Shown: positions 43,841-57,709 of the stretch, in pieces
Layout of the letters: every line of letters begins with the position of its first letter
Position numbering within the stretch: the stretch's first letter is position 1
Source: the human T2T-CHM13v2.0 reference genome, Homo sapiens
Assembly: GCF_009914755.1 (NCBI RefSeq)
Contig: NC_060925.1
Direction: 5' to 3' (one strand)
Length of the DNA: 64,000 nucleotides
Notes under the pieces: generated by a model
Told to the model about the DNA's origin: nothing
Seen by the model: only the letters and a program-made list of their open reading frames with translations
Databases searched by the model: none
Program-made: the position numbers and the translations under genes

Positions 43841-46255
43841 TACTAAAAACAGGAGTATAGCACATTTCAAGATATTTTATATGATCTGTTTTCAGTGGAA
43901 AGTGCCTAAAACATGTTGATTAAGAATCCATTCTGATTTTGCAGTAATATTCCAAGGGACAAATTTACCATGGTAGACAACTTCTTCAAATGATGTTTCT
44001 TTTATCAGCAGCCAATCTATGCTGCAAGAGTGAGGTTTTTTTTTTTTGTTTCTAAGTCAGTTATTTACAACACAGATTGCTAGATGTTTTAATCTAAGAC
44101 CAGTTCTGTATGGAACATCAATTTAGTTTAATATGTGAGTGGGGACCTATCTCCAGGTTGACTCTGTCATCCTTCACTGCATAAGTAAATTTTCAGATTG
44201 ACCAGGTGGTGTAGAGTCCTAACAATTGCTCTTTAGCACCTACCTTGAGAAATAGTAAAGTTTGTTAGGCCTCCTGTCTCTCAGCAAGTCACATTGGGTC
44301 AAGAGCAGGAGTCAATATTGTTGAACACTGAAGTTATGATGCTTCAAGACTTTGTTTGGATTAGAATTTGTACAGCAAACTAAAATGTAATCTGGATGCT
44401 GCTTGGTCTGCCTTCTTTACATGTTGGTGGATTATGGAACTGGAAATAATGGGACTGCCATAGGACTGGGGTCAAGCAGTCCTCAGAATGCAAGTATGTG
44501 GGCATGTCCTCACCACCTGGAGCAGTTATGGAAGTACGCCTCCTGTGGCAATTTGAATATTGGAAGAACTATTAGAAGAAGCATTCTCCTGGAGCTGTCT
44601 GGTAGTGTTCATTACACCACTCCAAAGCCTCAAGTTTAAGGAAGCAAAATTACTTCCTGGCCACCGCAACTGCAAAAGTGAGGGGACCCAGTGTTTCCGT
44701 ATCTGTTACACCCATTGCTGGTTCAAAGCTCACGTTGGTTAAGTCTATAAAATGTTTTGAGACTTACCCTGACCTAAACAATTCCCCATGGCTTTTTTTT
44801 CTTCCTCTTTAATGATTGTTTGGTATCTTTTCCTTCTTTAATCTCCAAACTTCTTAAGAGAGCAGTCTCGACTCTAATTATGGTCTGGCCTCTACTGAAA
44901 CTGTTCCTGCTAACACAAGCGTTCGTAAAACCAAGTGGCCATGCTTGTTCTTCTTCCTACTTGGTTTATTCTATGGTCGCTCTCTAATTCGCATTCCTTC
45001 CCTGATTTATAATGTGCTGTCTTTTGGATTTCTCCTCCCTCCATGGCTAGCCATCTTTCTCAGCCTCCCTCTCAAATCCTTTCTCTTCCTTTGCCCACCC
45101 TGATTTGCTGGGGTTCTTGAGGACCTCATGATTTCTGGTTATACACACTTTGTATGATTAAGTGCATCCAGTTCCAAGTTTCAACAACTATGTTTGTGCT
45201 GCTGACTCCAAATCATCTTTGCGTCTTGAACATTGGAGTGGCATCTGCAAATGTGCACTGGATTTTTGCACCCTGCTGTTGTACCAGCAGAGGTGTTCAC
45301 TGATCTGGACTTTTGGAATGGGCCTCCACATGTTTTCCAACCCCACTGTCTCCCTGCTGTAGCTGATGCTAGCAGAGGTGAAGCAGTCATCCACATGGGA
45401 CACTCCTCTTTTGCTCCACCACACCGTCTCCCTCAAAAGCAAGTCTAAATTAATAATCTAGAGTTTGATTATTATTTAAAGCCAGATGGCATGTCAACTT
45501 AAACCAAATAATTCAAATATTTACTTTGCTTTAAGCTCATAAAGTGCCTGTCCTTACAGCATATTTGCATTTATGTAATACAACTATACTGTCAACACTG
45601 TTTTGTTGTTTTAGAAGTTAGGGAAATATAAAGAAGGCACTTTTTAAATGAATTTTAAAATGCCACTGTGGTTCTACCTTATTAAATTTCAAAATAGTCT
45701 TTGTGTCACTGTCATTCCTCTTACATACTTTTAGTATCGCATGTTCAAAGTGTAATGTGACTTTTTCTTTAATGGATAAAACGAAGATGAAAATAACATC
45801 TACCTCATAGGGTTGCTATGAGAAGTAAGTTGTATAGAATACACTAGTGTTTAACACAGAGTCAGTGGTATCCACATATTTGCTGCCATTTTTGTTACTG
45901 TTATTTGTCATTCCCACCTGCCTTTGGACTCTGTAAAAGCATAGAGAATGCTTTTTATTATTTTATGTTTGACACCAAGTTACAGTCCTTGATATATAAT
46001 AAAGGCTCAGCAAATGTCTAAATGAATGTTGAATTGCGCTTCAAAACTGTTTCTGCATGTTTTCCTAGAAAACACATCTGTTGATATAGGAAATCAACCT
46101 TGTAATCGTCAACCTCAAAGACTATCTTTTCTATCTTATTGTAGGTTTGTTACAGTAGTAAAAAGGTCAAATAGTTTTCAGTGTTTGGACAGAAAAATGT
46201 ATTTGTGACCATTACTATAGAGTCACAAATGCATTTCTTAGAAATCATAAAAATT

Positions 46256-46550
46256 GGCCGGGTGCAGTGGCTCATGCCTGTAATCCCAGCACTTTGGGAG
46301 GCTGAGGTGGGTGGATCATGAGGTCAGGAGTTCGAGACCAGCCTGGCCAACATGGTGAAACCCGGTCTCTACTAAAAATACAAAAAAATTAGTCGGGCCT
46401 GGTGGTGTGTGCCTGTAATCCCAGCTACTTGGGAGGCTAAAGCAGGAGAATTGCTTGAACCCGGAGGCAGAGGTTGCAGTGAGCTGAGATCGCACCGTTG
46501 CACTCCAGCCTGGGCAACAGAATGCAACTCCATCTCCAGATAAAAAAAAG
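46256..46550 (+). mobile_element. AluS (Sc/Sg-like)
   Basis: Full dimer; ggatcatgaggtc short variant; taaaaatt on both flanks. Confidence 0.93.
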
Positions 46551-47642
46551 GAATTGTAAAAATTCATGTTTTTTAGTCAAATTATATTTTGAGTGCACCA
46601 GGAGAGTGAGTTATTCAAAAGAAAGCTGTGAATCTTTTGTAGATTGGAGAATCCTATAGCACAGTGAATAACAACACCTAAATGTATCACTTTCAGGAAT
46701 TCAGATTTTTTTATTTTGGATTTTTCTTACAGTGAAGAACATCTATAGTTTTTTTTGCATAGTATTTGGTAGGTAGTAGGCTTTAGATCAGAAGTGGTAA
46801 TATCATACTCTTGCCTCATCCTTGCTTAGGTATTTGTTTACAAAATGTGGTAGGGTTGGAAAGTACCTTAAGTTCCTGTCTGATCTAGATTTCTTTGAAG
46901 TGTATGTGTGTGTTTAATTAGAAAAACCAACTTGGGTCATATAAAGTATTTTATTATTGATAAACATTGACATTTGTATAATTCACTATGAATAAAGGCA
47001 CAAATATTAACTTTGGAAGACTACCAAAGTAAGCGTATATTATATTAGGTCAGTTAAAAGCTGTAACTTCCTTATTAATTTTTTCTCAGATTTAGGTCTA
47101 AGACCTAAATCTTTTTGTTTATTCCATCAGCCTTATCCTGGCTGCTGAATATAACCCAATATTATCTACTATTTATCTTTTTGGGTAGGAGGATTTGCAA
47201 ACATATTCTTTTGGTTCTGTGAATGAATGTATCTTAGGGATCCCCTTGCCTCTCTCCATATGATTAATTATAAAAGGTTGCTATTTAACCAAATGGATTT
47301 CTGTAATCCAAATAAGCAGATATTGCAGAGCGTATTTATCTAACCTACTTGGTGGTCAAGGATACAGAAATAGTGACCGTAGAAACCTGTTTTCTTTTAT
47401 TGTTCATAAAGAATTGGTTTTAGTCTCTTGATGATTAGTGCATACCTTTATTCTTGGATTTTCAAATACTGTGTTAAGCTTAATAATTACTTGAGAGATA
47501 TTGGATAATTAATTTGAGACTTTTATTTAAACAAGCAAATTTTAATTGCCATAATTAGATTCTTTATTTAAGTTGTTATAAATAGAAGCTATGCTTGAGG
47601 TTTAATTTCACATGTGCAATCATAACACTCAGGGTTTCTTAG

Positions 47643-47995
<353 letters not shown>

Positions 47996-49430
47996 TAAAT
48001 GCAGTTCAGATGTTTATAAGATGGTATGCACAGTTTCACATATAACTTTTTATAACTGGGAAAAAAATCTGCATTAAAAAATGACAATTATATTTTATAG
48101 CCAAGTTTTGATTTTCATGGAAATGATAATGGGTAATATAAGTAATTAAAGTAATGGCTCCAGTTTTTTTTTGATGGCCATATTCCAATTTGTTTAACAA
48201 ATATTTATTGTGTTCTTATGGTAGAGTACAGAGTCTATATTGGGTCAGTTTTCTACTGTTGAGGTCCTTGCCATATAATGGGGGGAGAAAGCTTTTTATA
48301 TGGATGGTAACGGATGGCCCAGTGAAGAGAACAACATTGCTTCCCTGCCCTGAGGATGGAGACAAGGAGGGCAAGGGTAGGGGTAGGTGGGGAGGGGGTG
48401 GTGGTGGTAAAGACAGCGTAAGTGAAGAGGTGATATATATATTTTGTGATGCATTGCACAAATGCCTTCTAATGACTGCAAAATTTGGGGTAACCTTACT
48501 CGTGCCCCAGTGTCCCATGGTTCGGAGGCACATGGGGAAGGGAAGAAAATGGGGGAGATGATGGAGCCATGGGAATGTGCTTGGCTACTTTCTTGGTCTT
48601 CTTAAGCCTTTTCTGAGGATCTCTTAGCGTGTTTAGACTAGAGGCTGATAACTGGTGCTCAAAGTCAGCCAATGGGCATGTTTTATTTGGTTTCACAGGA
48701 GTTAAAAACCTAATTTAAAAAGTCAACATTTTAAAAAGAGAGTTTTCACATGAAAATTCAGTTGGAAGATCAGCTGTGTTCAGTTGGCTTTCCTACAAGG
48801 TGTCTCATTAGCTGGAGTGGAGGAGCACCTGACTCTATGTATGTCCCTTGCTTGAATCTTGTTATCCTCCAGAGTACAGCTTGGCTGACTCTGGTTTGTG
48901 GAATGGATGCGCCAATATCACTCGCTCCTGCCTTTTGCCATTTCCCCCTCTAAAAATCAGCATTGACAAGAGATAACAGCCCTATAAAAAGAGAAAAAAA
49001 ATTGGAAGTGTATTCATCAGGAGCTTGATATTTACAGATGTTTTTTCATTGTTTAAAATATGTTTACTACATTCATGGAAAGTTTTCATATTTCCCATTT
49101 TCTCTTATTTATCGCCAAGACAAGCAATGTTTGTTTCCATTTCATTTCTTTGCAGTGGCCAGGAAACAAACATTTTATGCAAAATACCTCTGCCGTAAAT
49201 AAAAGTTTCTAAACATTTCATACAGTCTAGACACAAGTTTTTCTAAAGCGGATTGAATTCCTAAATAGCATTTTGAGAATCAGGTGCATGTTTTTATTTT
49301 AAGCTATGTTTGTCTACATGTATGTCTAATTAGTACTAAGAGTGAAAAGCAGTTTTATTTGTAAGGGTTTCCTAAATTGTATAAGAATTATAAAATATTT
49401 TTCTTCTCTTTTCTTACAAAATTCTGCCAG

Positions 49431-49518
49431 CGAGTTGAAAATGGTGACTTCAACTGGATTGTTCCAGGAAAATTTTTAGCATTTAGTGGACCACATCCTA
49501 AAAGCAAAATTGAGAATG
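49431..49518 (+). CDS. CDC14A: CDC14A coding exon (exon 8, 88 nt, phase 0-1): [29 protein letters not shown](G)
   Basis: Acceptor attctgccag|CGAGTT after a long pyrimidine tract, donor AATG|gtaggt; visible within ORF 49377..49559. Confidence 0.97.
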
Positions 49519-50549
49519 GTAGGTTTTTTTTTCCTTTACCATCCAAACATTTATTTTGATTTATCTTTCTAAGTTTCTTAACTTCCTCAGATAATTATTT
49601 TCTTTGGTAATATTCTCCAAAGAATATTTATTCATAATTTAAAAAATTGAACAGTAGTAATAGTGTGTTAAATATTGTATTTCCAGTAGGTGGAGCTATA
49701 ATCACTGTTTTAGAACTTAACAAATTTTTAGCTTGCCATAAATAGGATGTTCACTTTACCTGACCCCCAATTATTAGAGAAGAATCTGAGAAACAAACTG
49801 GTCAAACTCATAAGCAGATTGCTGTATTCTTTCAGTGGTTCTCAGATTTATTTGTTGGTAGAGTGCTACACATCAAGATGTTCTTTGGGTAACACCATGT
49901 TGAATAATGATGATGAAGACAATCTGTCATTTACTGAATACTTAGGTGCTAGTTACACAGATCACAGCATTTATCTCTTTTAACACTCAACACAACTCTA
50001 TGAGATACAGATATTGTTATCTGCATTTTAGGGAGGAGTAAATTGAGCCTTATTAGTAGAGAATTTGCCCAAGGTCACAAAGTAATAGGCAGAACTGGTA
50101 CTCCAAACCAGAGGAGGGCTCCTAAACATTGCCACTACACTGATACACTTAGTTCCATTGTGACAACTAGGTACAATTTTCTAGCTGACAGTGGTTAAAC
50201 TACTTATTTGCAGCATAATTTATTGCCATGGGCATACATATTTAGGAAAAAAATAAAAACAAAACTAAAAATAAACCTTTTGAATGAAACATGATCAGCT
50301 ATGCAAGTTTTCCCATTAAGACTTATTTTGTACTTACTAATTTTTTCTATCTACTAATATTCCCTAGAAAACAAGTAATGATAGACAACAGAGGTTCAAG
50401 AATAATTTACAAGAGAAGTACATAAAATTGAAAAAATATCCATGAACAAAATATCCCCCCCCCTTTTTTTTTCTATCTGATCATAGAGGTGGAATACCAG
50501 TGTTCTGAGGGAACCTAACTTGAAACCTCTGGTCTAGATTTATTCTTCA

Positions 50550-50679
50550 GCTGGGCATGGTGGCATGTGCCTGCAATCCCAGCACTTTGGAAGGCTGAGG
50601 TGGGAGGATTGCTTAAGGCCAGAAGTTCAAGACCAGCCTCGGCAACATAGCAAAACCCTGTCTCTTAAAAAAAAAAAAA
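50550..50679 (+). mobile_element. FLAM / Alu monomer
   Basis: Monomer with A tail; TSD agatttatt. Confidence 0.85.
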
Positions 50680-51470
50680 GATTTATTTTTCTTTAATCAT
50701 CATATTCTAGAATCTAGTTTCATTGTATATTGTTATTCATGCATTTAGGTTTTATAATTTGAGCTTTCATAAATATGCTTATCATTTCATACCTGTGACA
50801 TATTTAATAGGGAACTCTGCTTGAATCATGATTTTACCATGCGAATGGGCAATCCAGGTCTAGAGAGTTAAGCTCACAAACAGGATACCTCTATGGTGAA
50901 GTCAGAATTTGATCTTCTTACTTATAAGCTTGCTAAATAATCTTTTTTGGTCTGGACATTCAATAATTAACCTCTGTCATTTTGGGTTGTTAGGAATTAC
51001 ATGTTGAGAGCCTGAGGAAACTGCTTTCTGACAATTGGCCTTTCAAGATAAGACTGATTAAACCTGCTTTCTGTGCAAATTATCTGACTCAGGCCCAGGA
51101 AATGTTAGTAGGGATATTGTTTCAGTAGTAGTTTTGTTGTTGGGTATTTGGCAAAGTCGAAAGACTTTCACCATTTGTGATTCATGTGTTTGACTACGTT
51201 TTCTTAATGAGAAATTGAGAGATATAATTGTAAAAGCCATTTAAAAGTTTTTATGTATATAGACATTGTATATTCTATGGATACATGCATTTTGAAAAAA
51301 ATTTTTTTTTAACAAAAGTGGCATCATAACATAGTTAATATCTTACAGCCAGGTTTCTTCACTTAACATATCACGACTTCTTTTTATAGCAGTAAATGAA
51401 GATCCATGTAATCATTTTCCACGACTGCATTGCATTTTGTTCTACCATATGACTGTGCCATATTGTGTTA

Positions 51471-51788
<318 letters not shown>

Positions 51789-53112
51789 TGTTAATTTATT
51801 TTTGGATGAGATCTAAGTTGTTTATCTCTTATTCTTACTCTTTTTTTCCTTTTTAAATTTCATCATCTATTTAACCAGATGAAGTTTTTCACTTTTTAAA
51901 AACTGCTGTGGTTGGCATAAATGTTCATACATCTTTTTGCAGCTGTAGTTTCTTCTCTAAATTGTTAGAAATAGAATCACTAGATAAAAGGATACGCAAT
52001 TTTGTATAATAAGTTATAAGTGTCAAAAATATTTAAAACAATTTTTGGTCCTATATTTAATATGGGGAAAAAATTATAGCCACCATTCGCTTACCTGCCA
52101 GGAAGGGTGCTAAGCCTCTTGCATATACATCATCTATTTAATGATCAGAACAACCCTCTGGAGCAGGTGGTATTTATTTTATAGAAGAGAAGCTGGAGGC
52201 TTACAGGAATTACCTAACTTGTCCAGGTTCATAGGCCAGTAATTGTTGGCGTGTGGATTCAAACATTGGTCTGTTTAATTCTGAATTTTGTGTTGTTTTA
52301 AATTTTATTATAGAGGATGTACATGCTCACTCTAGAAAATTTAAGTAATATAAAGAGTAAAACTCTTTAAAAACATCATATAATCAAGAAATAATCACTT
52401 TAAGATATCGCTCTATATGCATATTTTATTCTATGCATGTATTGTGCCCTGTCATATTGACATAAAAAAATCTGAAAGTACATTTATCTCACCTTTGTCA
52501 GCTTTTATGATGCCTAGAACAATTTCATTTAAGGCTGCCATTGGTAAAATATTGCTATTTTACTGGAATTTCCATTTTAAGATCTAATATTCACTAGAAG
52601 CTTCACTATACTTTTTTGTAAAGTACTTTAACTTTGTAAATGCTTTTTGAAGTTGAGAAAATAATTTTGTGATGGAATTAATAAACCTGATCCAATTACA
52701 GTGACGTCTTGGTAATTTTTTTTTTTTTTTGAATTGAGAAACCTGTGTTTTTCTGAGGAGGCTGAAAGTCATTTTAGAGGCTCGTTAGAAAAGCTGAGGT
52801 TTTAAAGAAGTGATCAAGTAGCTGTTGCTAGGAGGTAGCTAAAGGAAGCTCTAAAATCTTGGGATCTGGGCAGAATGTATTATAAGAGCCTTAAGTGTGT
52901 GTTTGTGTCAATAGGGAACACTAGGAGTTTCTTTTAGCCATTTTGATTCACATTGTTTTGACAGTGGGGAAGAGAAGAGCCCTACTTTTTTTTGTTAAAC
53001 ATTTTTGAATTGATAAATGATGGATAACAGCAGAATGAAACAGATATTTTGGATTTCAGATTTTCTGTAAAAATGTCTCTTAAGTGTCACTGTCATTCTC
53101 ACTTCTATTTAA

Positions 53113-53122
53113 ACACACACAC

Positions 53123-53173
<51 letters not shown>

Positions 53174-53175
53174 AA
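53113..53175. repeat. (CA)n(GA)n compound microsatellite
   Basis: Directly visible. Confidence 0.96.
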
Positions 53176-53728
53176 GATAGCTTCAGACTGAGAATCCCGA
53201 CCATTTGAGGCATCAGCCTGCTCCTTTAATGAGAGAAGCCCAGTGTCCCGTTTAGTAAAGAGCCTGGGCAGGTTGAAGCCTGGCTCCATTCCTTTTTGGC
53301 TGCGTGAACTTCAGTGAGTTCCACAGCTTCTCTGAGCATCAGTTTTCCTATATATCACAGTGGGAGAAATATGATCCTCACTGCAGGCACCTAGTGAGGA
53401 TTAGAGATGTTATGTGAAGTGCCTTGCAGAGTATTGGGCACACATAATAGGCGTTTATTAGATAGCAGGTATTATGGTTACATTTTTATCATTAGCTGGC
53501 CTAATCAACAGATTTTATGTCTTTCTACATTTGCCTGCTCAGTTTGCAGTTTTTACTTTTAATAATGACTGAGTGAACTAGTCATTTGACTCTGCTGTTC
53601 TTCAGTTTTCGAACTTTAAAATGAGGGCCTGGGAAGAGATGAATAAAAACATCTCTTTTGACTCTGATACCGTGTTCATGTGTTTGGTCAGCTTAACTCC
53701 AGGACTTTGTTGTGGTTCAGTGATGCCA

Positions 53729-53747
53729 GCGCACCATCTTGTGGCCA
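53729..53747 (-). promoter_or_regulatory. Candidate CTCF site
   Basis: Minus strand TGGCCACAAGATGGTGCGC resembles the consensus TGGCCACCAGGGGGCGC; motif match only. Confidence 0.4.
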
Positions 53748-55829
53748 GATGGAGTAAGGGTCGGATGAAGGCTCCATAAGTTCTGGGTCGGCACATTATA
53801 CACATTGCTAAAACCAATCTCTCGCAAAAAGCACTCACGTACATCCGTAAAAGCCACAAACAGTTGTTCACAGGTCATAGGACATTTCCATTGTTCGTTA
53901 TAATTTATTCTAAACAGTTTTAAGGATTTTTATAAAACCTACTCACCAATTCTAACCGCTCATGTTCATATCATGTTCTCTTATTTGGAGTCTTAACAGA
54001 TAGAATCAAGTTGAATCTTACTTGAAATTAGCCCCAGCATGGGTGTTGGAATCTGACTGCCAGGATTGAAATACTGGCTCTACCTCTTACTAGCTGTATG
54101 TGTATGGGCCAGCTTTTCCAGGCACCAGAAATTGAGTAATTGTAGGTTTTAATGAGATAATCCACATAAAGCACTTAGCATAGTGGCTAGCATATAGTAA
54201 GTGCTTGATAAACGTTAGGTGCAATTATTGTTGTTATTATTATTTCAGTGCCCTGTTGCCATATTTGGACAATTTCTGTCCAGTGTTTTCTTCTCAAAAG
54301 ATGTATACATCGTTTCTCTTAATAGTCTATTTAGGCATGTTAGCTATGCTGCCATTTACTCATGATGGAAATTCATATATGAAAAGAGAGATTCTTGCAG
54401 CCTTTGTTGCAGGGAGGAAGGGGATAGGCACTGAACCAATTGCTAACACAACGTGTGACAGGTGCTGTCATGGAGGTCCCAGGCATGCTAGCAACCCAGA
54501 GGCAGAAGCTCTCACCAGCCCGCCACACCAGGGCAGGCTGCCCAGGTGTTTATGAGCCCTTCTCCTCCCCATTCCTCACATGATAGAAAAACCGTTACTT
54601 CTTAATGCCAACTACAGTTCTTTTTTTGCTTTAGGCTATAAATCTGTTGCAGGGAAATAATTTGAGCAAGTAAACCAACTAGGAAAACAGACTTGATTTT
54701 TGCAGTTAGAAAAGCATGTTTTCTCCATGTTTGTGTAGGTTATTGTTTCTACACAGAAGATTTTAAATAAGCTCTGTTTTACCTGTTTGCTCAAAAGCAA
54801 CATAGCCTGTGAAAATCACATATCTGAGCTGTGGATTAATTGGTCCTGCCTTCCAATTCTGTCTTCATCCTTTGTGTGACCTGGCCAAGTGTACCAGTTA
54901 TGGCTGTCCAACTCTGGTAAAAGGCAGTTTTTGGAATATGTTGGGTAGCTCATAGACTTTAAGAAAAGGCTGGAGAACTAGGCTTAGAAGATGAACAGGA
55001 CCCAAGTGGGAAAATGGGAACCACACTAGGCATTTCAAACATAAAGCATTTAATACAAGGAGTTTATTTCAAAGAAGACTAAAAAGTAAAAAGGCAACAC
55101 TGAAGAAACCAGAATATGTTGGAGAAAACAGCTAGTACCTTTAAGGCTGGGGGGACAAAAGGGACAAAAGTGGAGTTAGCAGAACCTGCTCCTGTTTTCT
55201 GCTGCTGAAGTGATGCTGCCAGGAGGACAGGAAGAATTCCCTTCCTCCTCCTCAGGTTGAGGTTTAGTGCCTCCCATTTTTACAACCAATAGGAAGCCAG
55301 ATAGAAAGGTAGTCTGGGAAATGTAGGGCGTAGTATATGGACTCCAGCCCCAGTGTCACAGAGCATAAGAGTCGGCTTGGAGCTGAGAGCTGACTAGCAT
55401 AACAGGGATCCAAGGCAGCAAGAAATACAGCCAAGCACACAGCGTGGAAACAGTCTGGTTCACTTTGCTGGCTGCCGCCACCCCTGGAACCTCCCATCAT
55501 GAATGGGTTCCAACTGAGATAATTGCACTCAGCTGGTATGTTAGGGTTCAGTGAATTCTGAATGGGTTACAGATGTGGCCATCAGTGTGCTGGGAACTTA
55601 GTCCCCTGAACTTTTGGAGCTGCCATTGCAAGGCCTGCAAAGGCCAAAGCCCCCAGTGGTTGCCTTGGCTGATTAGCTAAGGCTAGGTCTGTAACCCAGC
55701 TGACTGTGTAGCTCCCAGGAATACTCACATGATGGTGGAGCCACTCAAAAATAAAAGGGGATTTAAAGGTGGAGCATCTTCCTCCCTCAAAAAAAGGAAG
55801 TGTCCACAAAAGTTATTGTTTATTTTTAA

Positions 55830-56110
55830 CTAAAAAAATTTATATTTTAATTGATAAAAATTATATATTTATGGTGTACAACAACTTTTGAAATATGTAT
55901 ACATCGTAGAATGGTTAAGTCAAGTCTTACTTAAGTATTCACATATTTATCATTTTTTGTGGTGAGAAGACTTAAATTTTACTTTCTAAATGACTTTAAA
56001 GTATATAATACATTGTTATTATAGTCACTATGTTGTACAATAGATCTCTGGGACATACTCCTTTCTAACTGAAATTTTGTTTTCTTTGACCAATATCCTC
56101 CCAACACCCC
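55830..56110 (-). mobile_element. L1MA-type 3'UTR fragment
   Basis: atttatggtgtacaac...ttttttgtggtgagaa...atgttgtacaatagatctc. Confidence 0.75.
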
Positions 56111-56678
56111 CTCTTTTAGTTTCTTAATCTGTTAAATGGAATTAGCCATACTTAAGAGATGGTTTTGAGAATTTGAAATGATACGCAATTGTGACTTGTA
56201 CATAGTAGGTGCTTAATAATAATTGCTTCTGGGGAGCATTGTACTACAAATTAAAACTATACATATGGCAAAAAAGCTTCAGCTGTAGTTGAAAACTGTT
56301 TGTCAAGTAGAGAATAAAGCTCAAGAGAGAATAAAGTCACCATTCTAGGTCTGTTATGCACATTTGATTACTTCAAGAATGCTTTTGTCTTGGGAGTGGG
56401 AAGAGTATGCTCCCAGGATTCGAATCTAGAGGTTGAGATTTTGAACTTTAATGATGTATTTTCAGTACTTACAGAAGTTTTCTTTTTAACCTCCTGTGGT
56501 GCTTACAGTTATGCAGATTGATGCTTGTAGGAGCTTGCTGTGACCTCTTCTCTCACACAACACACTTTCCTCCCAAGCTTTGTTGAGATTTATACACTTC
56601 ATTGTTGAGAGTTTTGTATTTCTGGGTTGTGGAAGATGAAATGCATGCCTTTTGCTTACTGCTCCTTTGTTCCTTTAG

Positions 56679-56909
56679 GTTATCCTCTTCACGCCCCTGA
56701 AGCCTACTTTCCTTATTTCAAAAAGCATAATGTGACTGCAGTTGTGAGGCTAAACAAAAAGATTTATGAGGCAAAGCGCTTCACAGACGCTGGCTTCGAG
56801 CACTATGACCTCTTCTTCATAGATGGCAGCACACCCAGTGACAACATCGTGCGAAGGTTCCTGAACATCTGTGAGAACACCGAAGGGGCCATCGCCGTTC
56901 ACTGCAAAG
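56679..56909 (+). CDS. CDC14A: CDC14A coding exon (exon 9, 231 nt, phase 1-1): (G)[10 protein letters not shown]...[10 protein letters not shown]...GAIAVHCK(A); contains the general-acid Asp and catalytic Cys
   Basis: Acceptor ttcctttag|GTTATC, donor CAAAG|gtgtgt; within ORF 56627..57016; VHCK is the start of the HCxxGxxR motif. Confidence 0.97.
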
Positions 56910-57560
56910 GTGTGTGCAAGGCCTCGGTGGTGGTGGCTGTGCTTATCGAAGGGGCGGGCCAAGGAAGAGCAAATAACATAAAACAAAACCTGTTTAGTGT
57001 CTTAGAAAAACAATGAGGTTTTAAATTTCAGACAACTGGGACACAAACTCATTTTAATAACCCCTTCTTAAAGAAACGATTGCTTGGGTGTGGACAATTG
57101 GTGGTGGTGTGGCTTTCTTGATATGCCAGTTTTTCAGACCTTACCTTTCCAGGCCCACGTGCCACAATGAGGGGAAACACAGTAGCAGTGTCTTTAGGCT
57201 GCAGGAACACCTTTAAACAGGTAAAATTCTCAAGAGACAAGGGTTGTTAGTTTTCCTCTCTCCTTTGTTTTTTTTCAGAATTGCCCATCTCTTCTCCATC
57301 CTCTTGCACTGTCGTGGTTCTGTTTTATGACCCAGTTATCTGGACCCCCATTCCAGTCTCTGCTTTTCCCTCCCCTCCTAGTCTTTGGCTTCATGGAGCA
57401 GAGCGTCTTCCATGCCTGTTGCTAGGGGCAATCCGCTAGCTTACAATGCTGCTGATGTGATGCTGCCTCATGGAATAAACTTAAAGAGTTTGTTTTGCAA
57501 AAATCTCTGATCTCTGGGGGTGGATACTTTGGGGCAGGAATTGTTCAGACTATAGAAGGT

Positions 57561-57709
57561 TTAGGATTGCCAGATTTAGCAAATAAAAATACAGGCTGCC
57601 TAATTAAATTTGAAAGTTAGATAAACAATGAATACTTTTAAAACAAAAAGTATAAATATGTCCCAAATATTGCAGGGAACATGCATTCTGTATTTTATCT
57701 GGCAACCCC
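57561..57709. mobile_element. MER53 (hAT) MITE, internally deleted
   Basis: ggattgccagatttagcaaataaaaatacagg ... ctgtattttatctggcaaccc terminal inverted repeats. Confidence 0.8.

Noticed and set aside
42406-45448. Non-repeat ORFs of 60-146 aa (e.g. 42406..42846 -, 44403..44639 +, overlapping ORFs near 45200)
   Set aside because: No recognisable domain, splice structure or codon bias; several use non-ATG starts or overlap L2 remnants.
57561-57709. MER53 as a miR-1302-type hairpin precursor
   Set aside because: Much of the right arm is deleted, so the long hairpin is incomplete; no evidence of expression.
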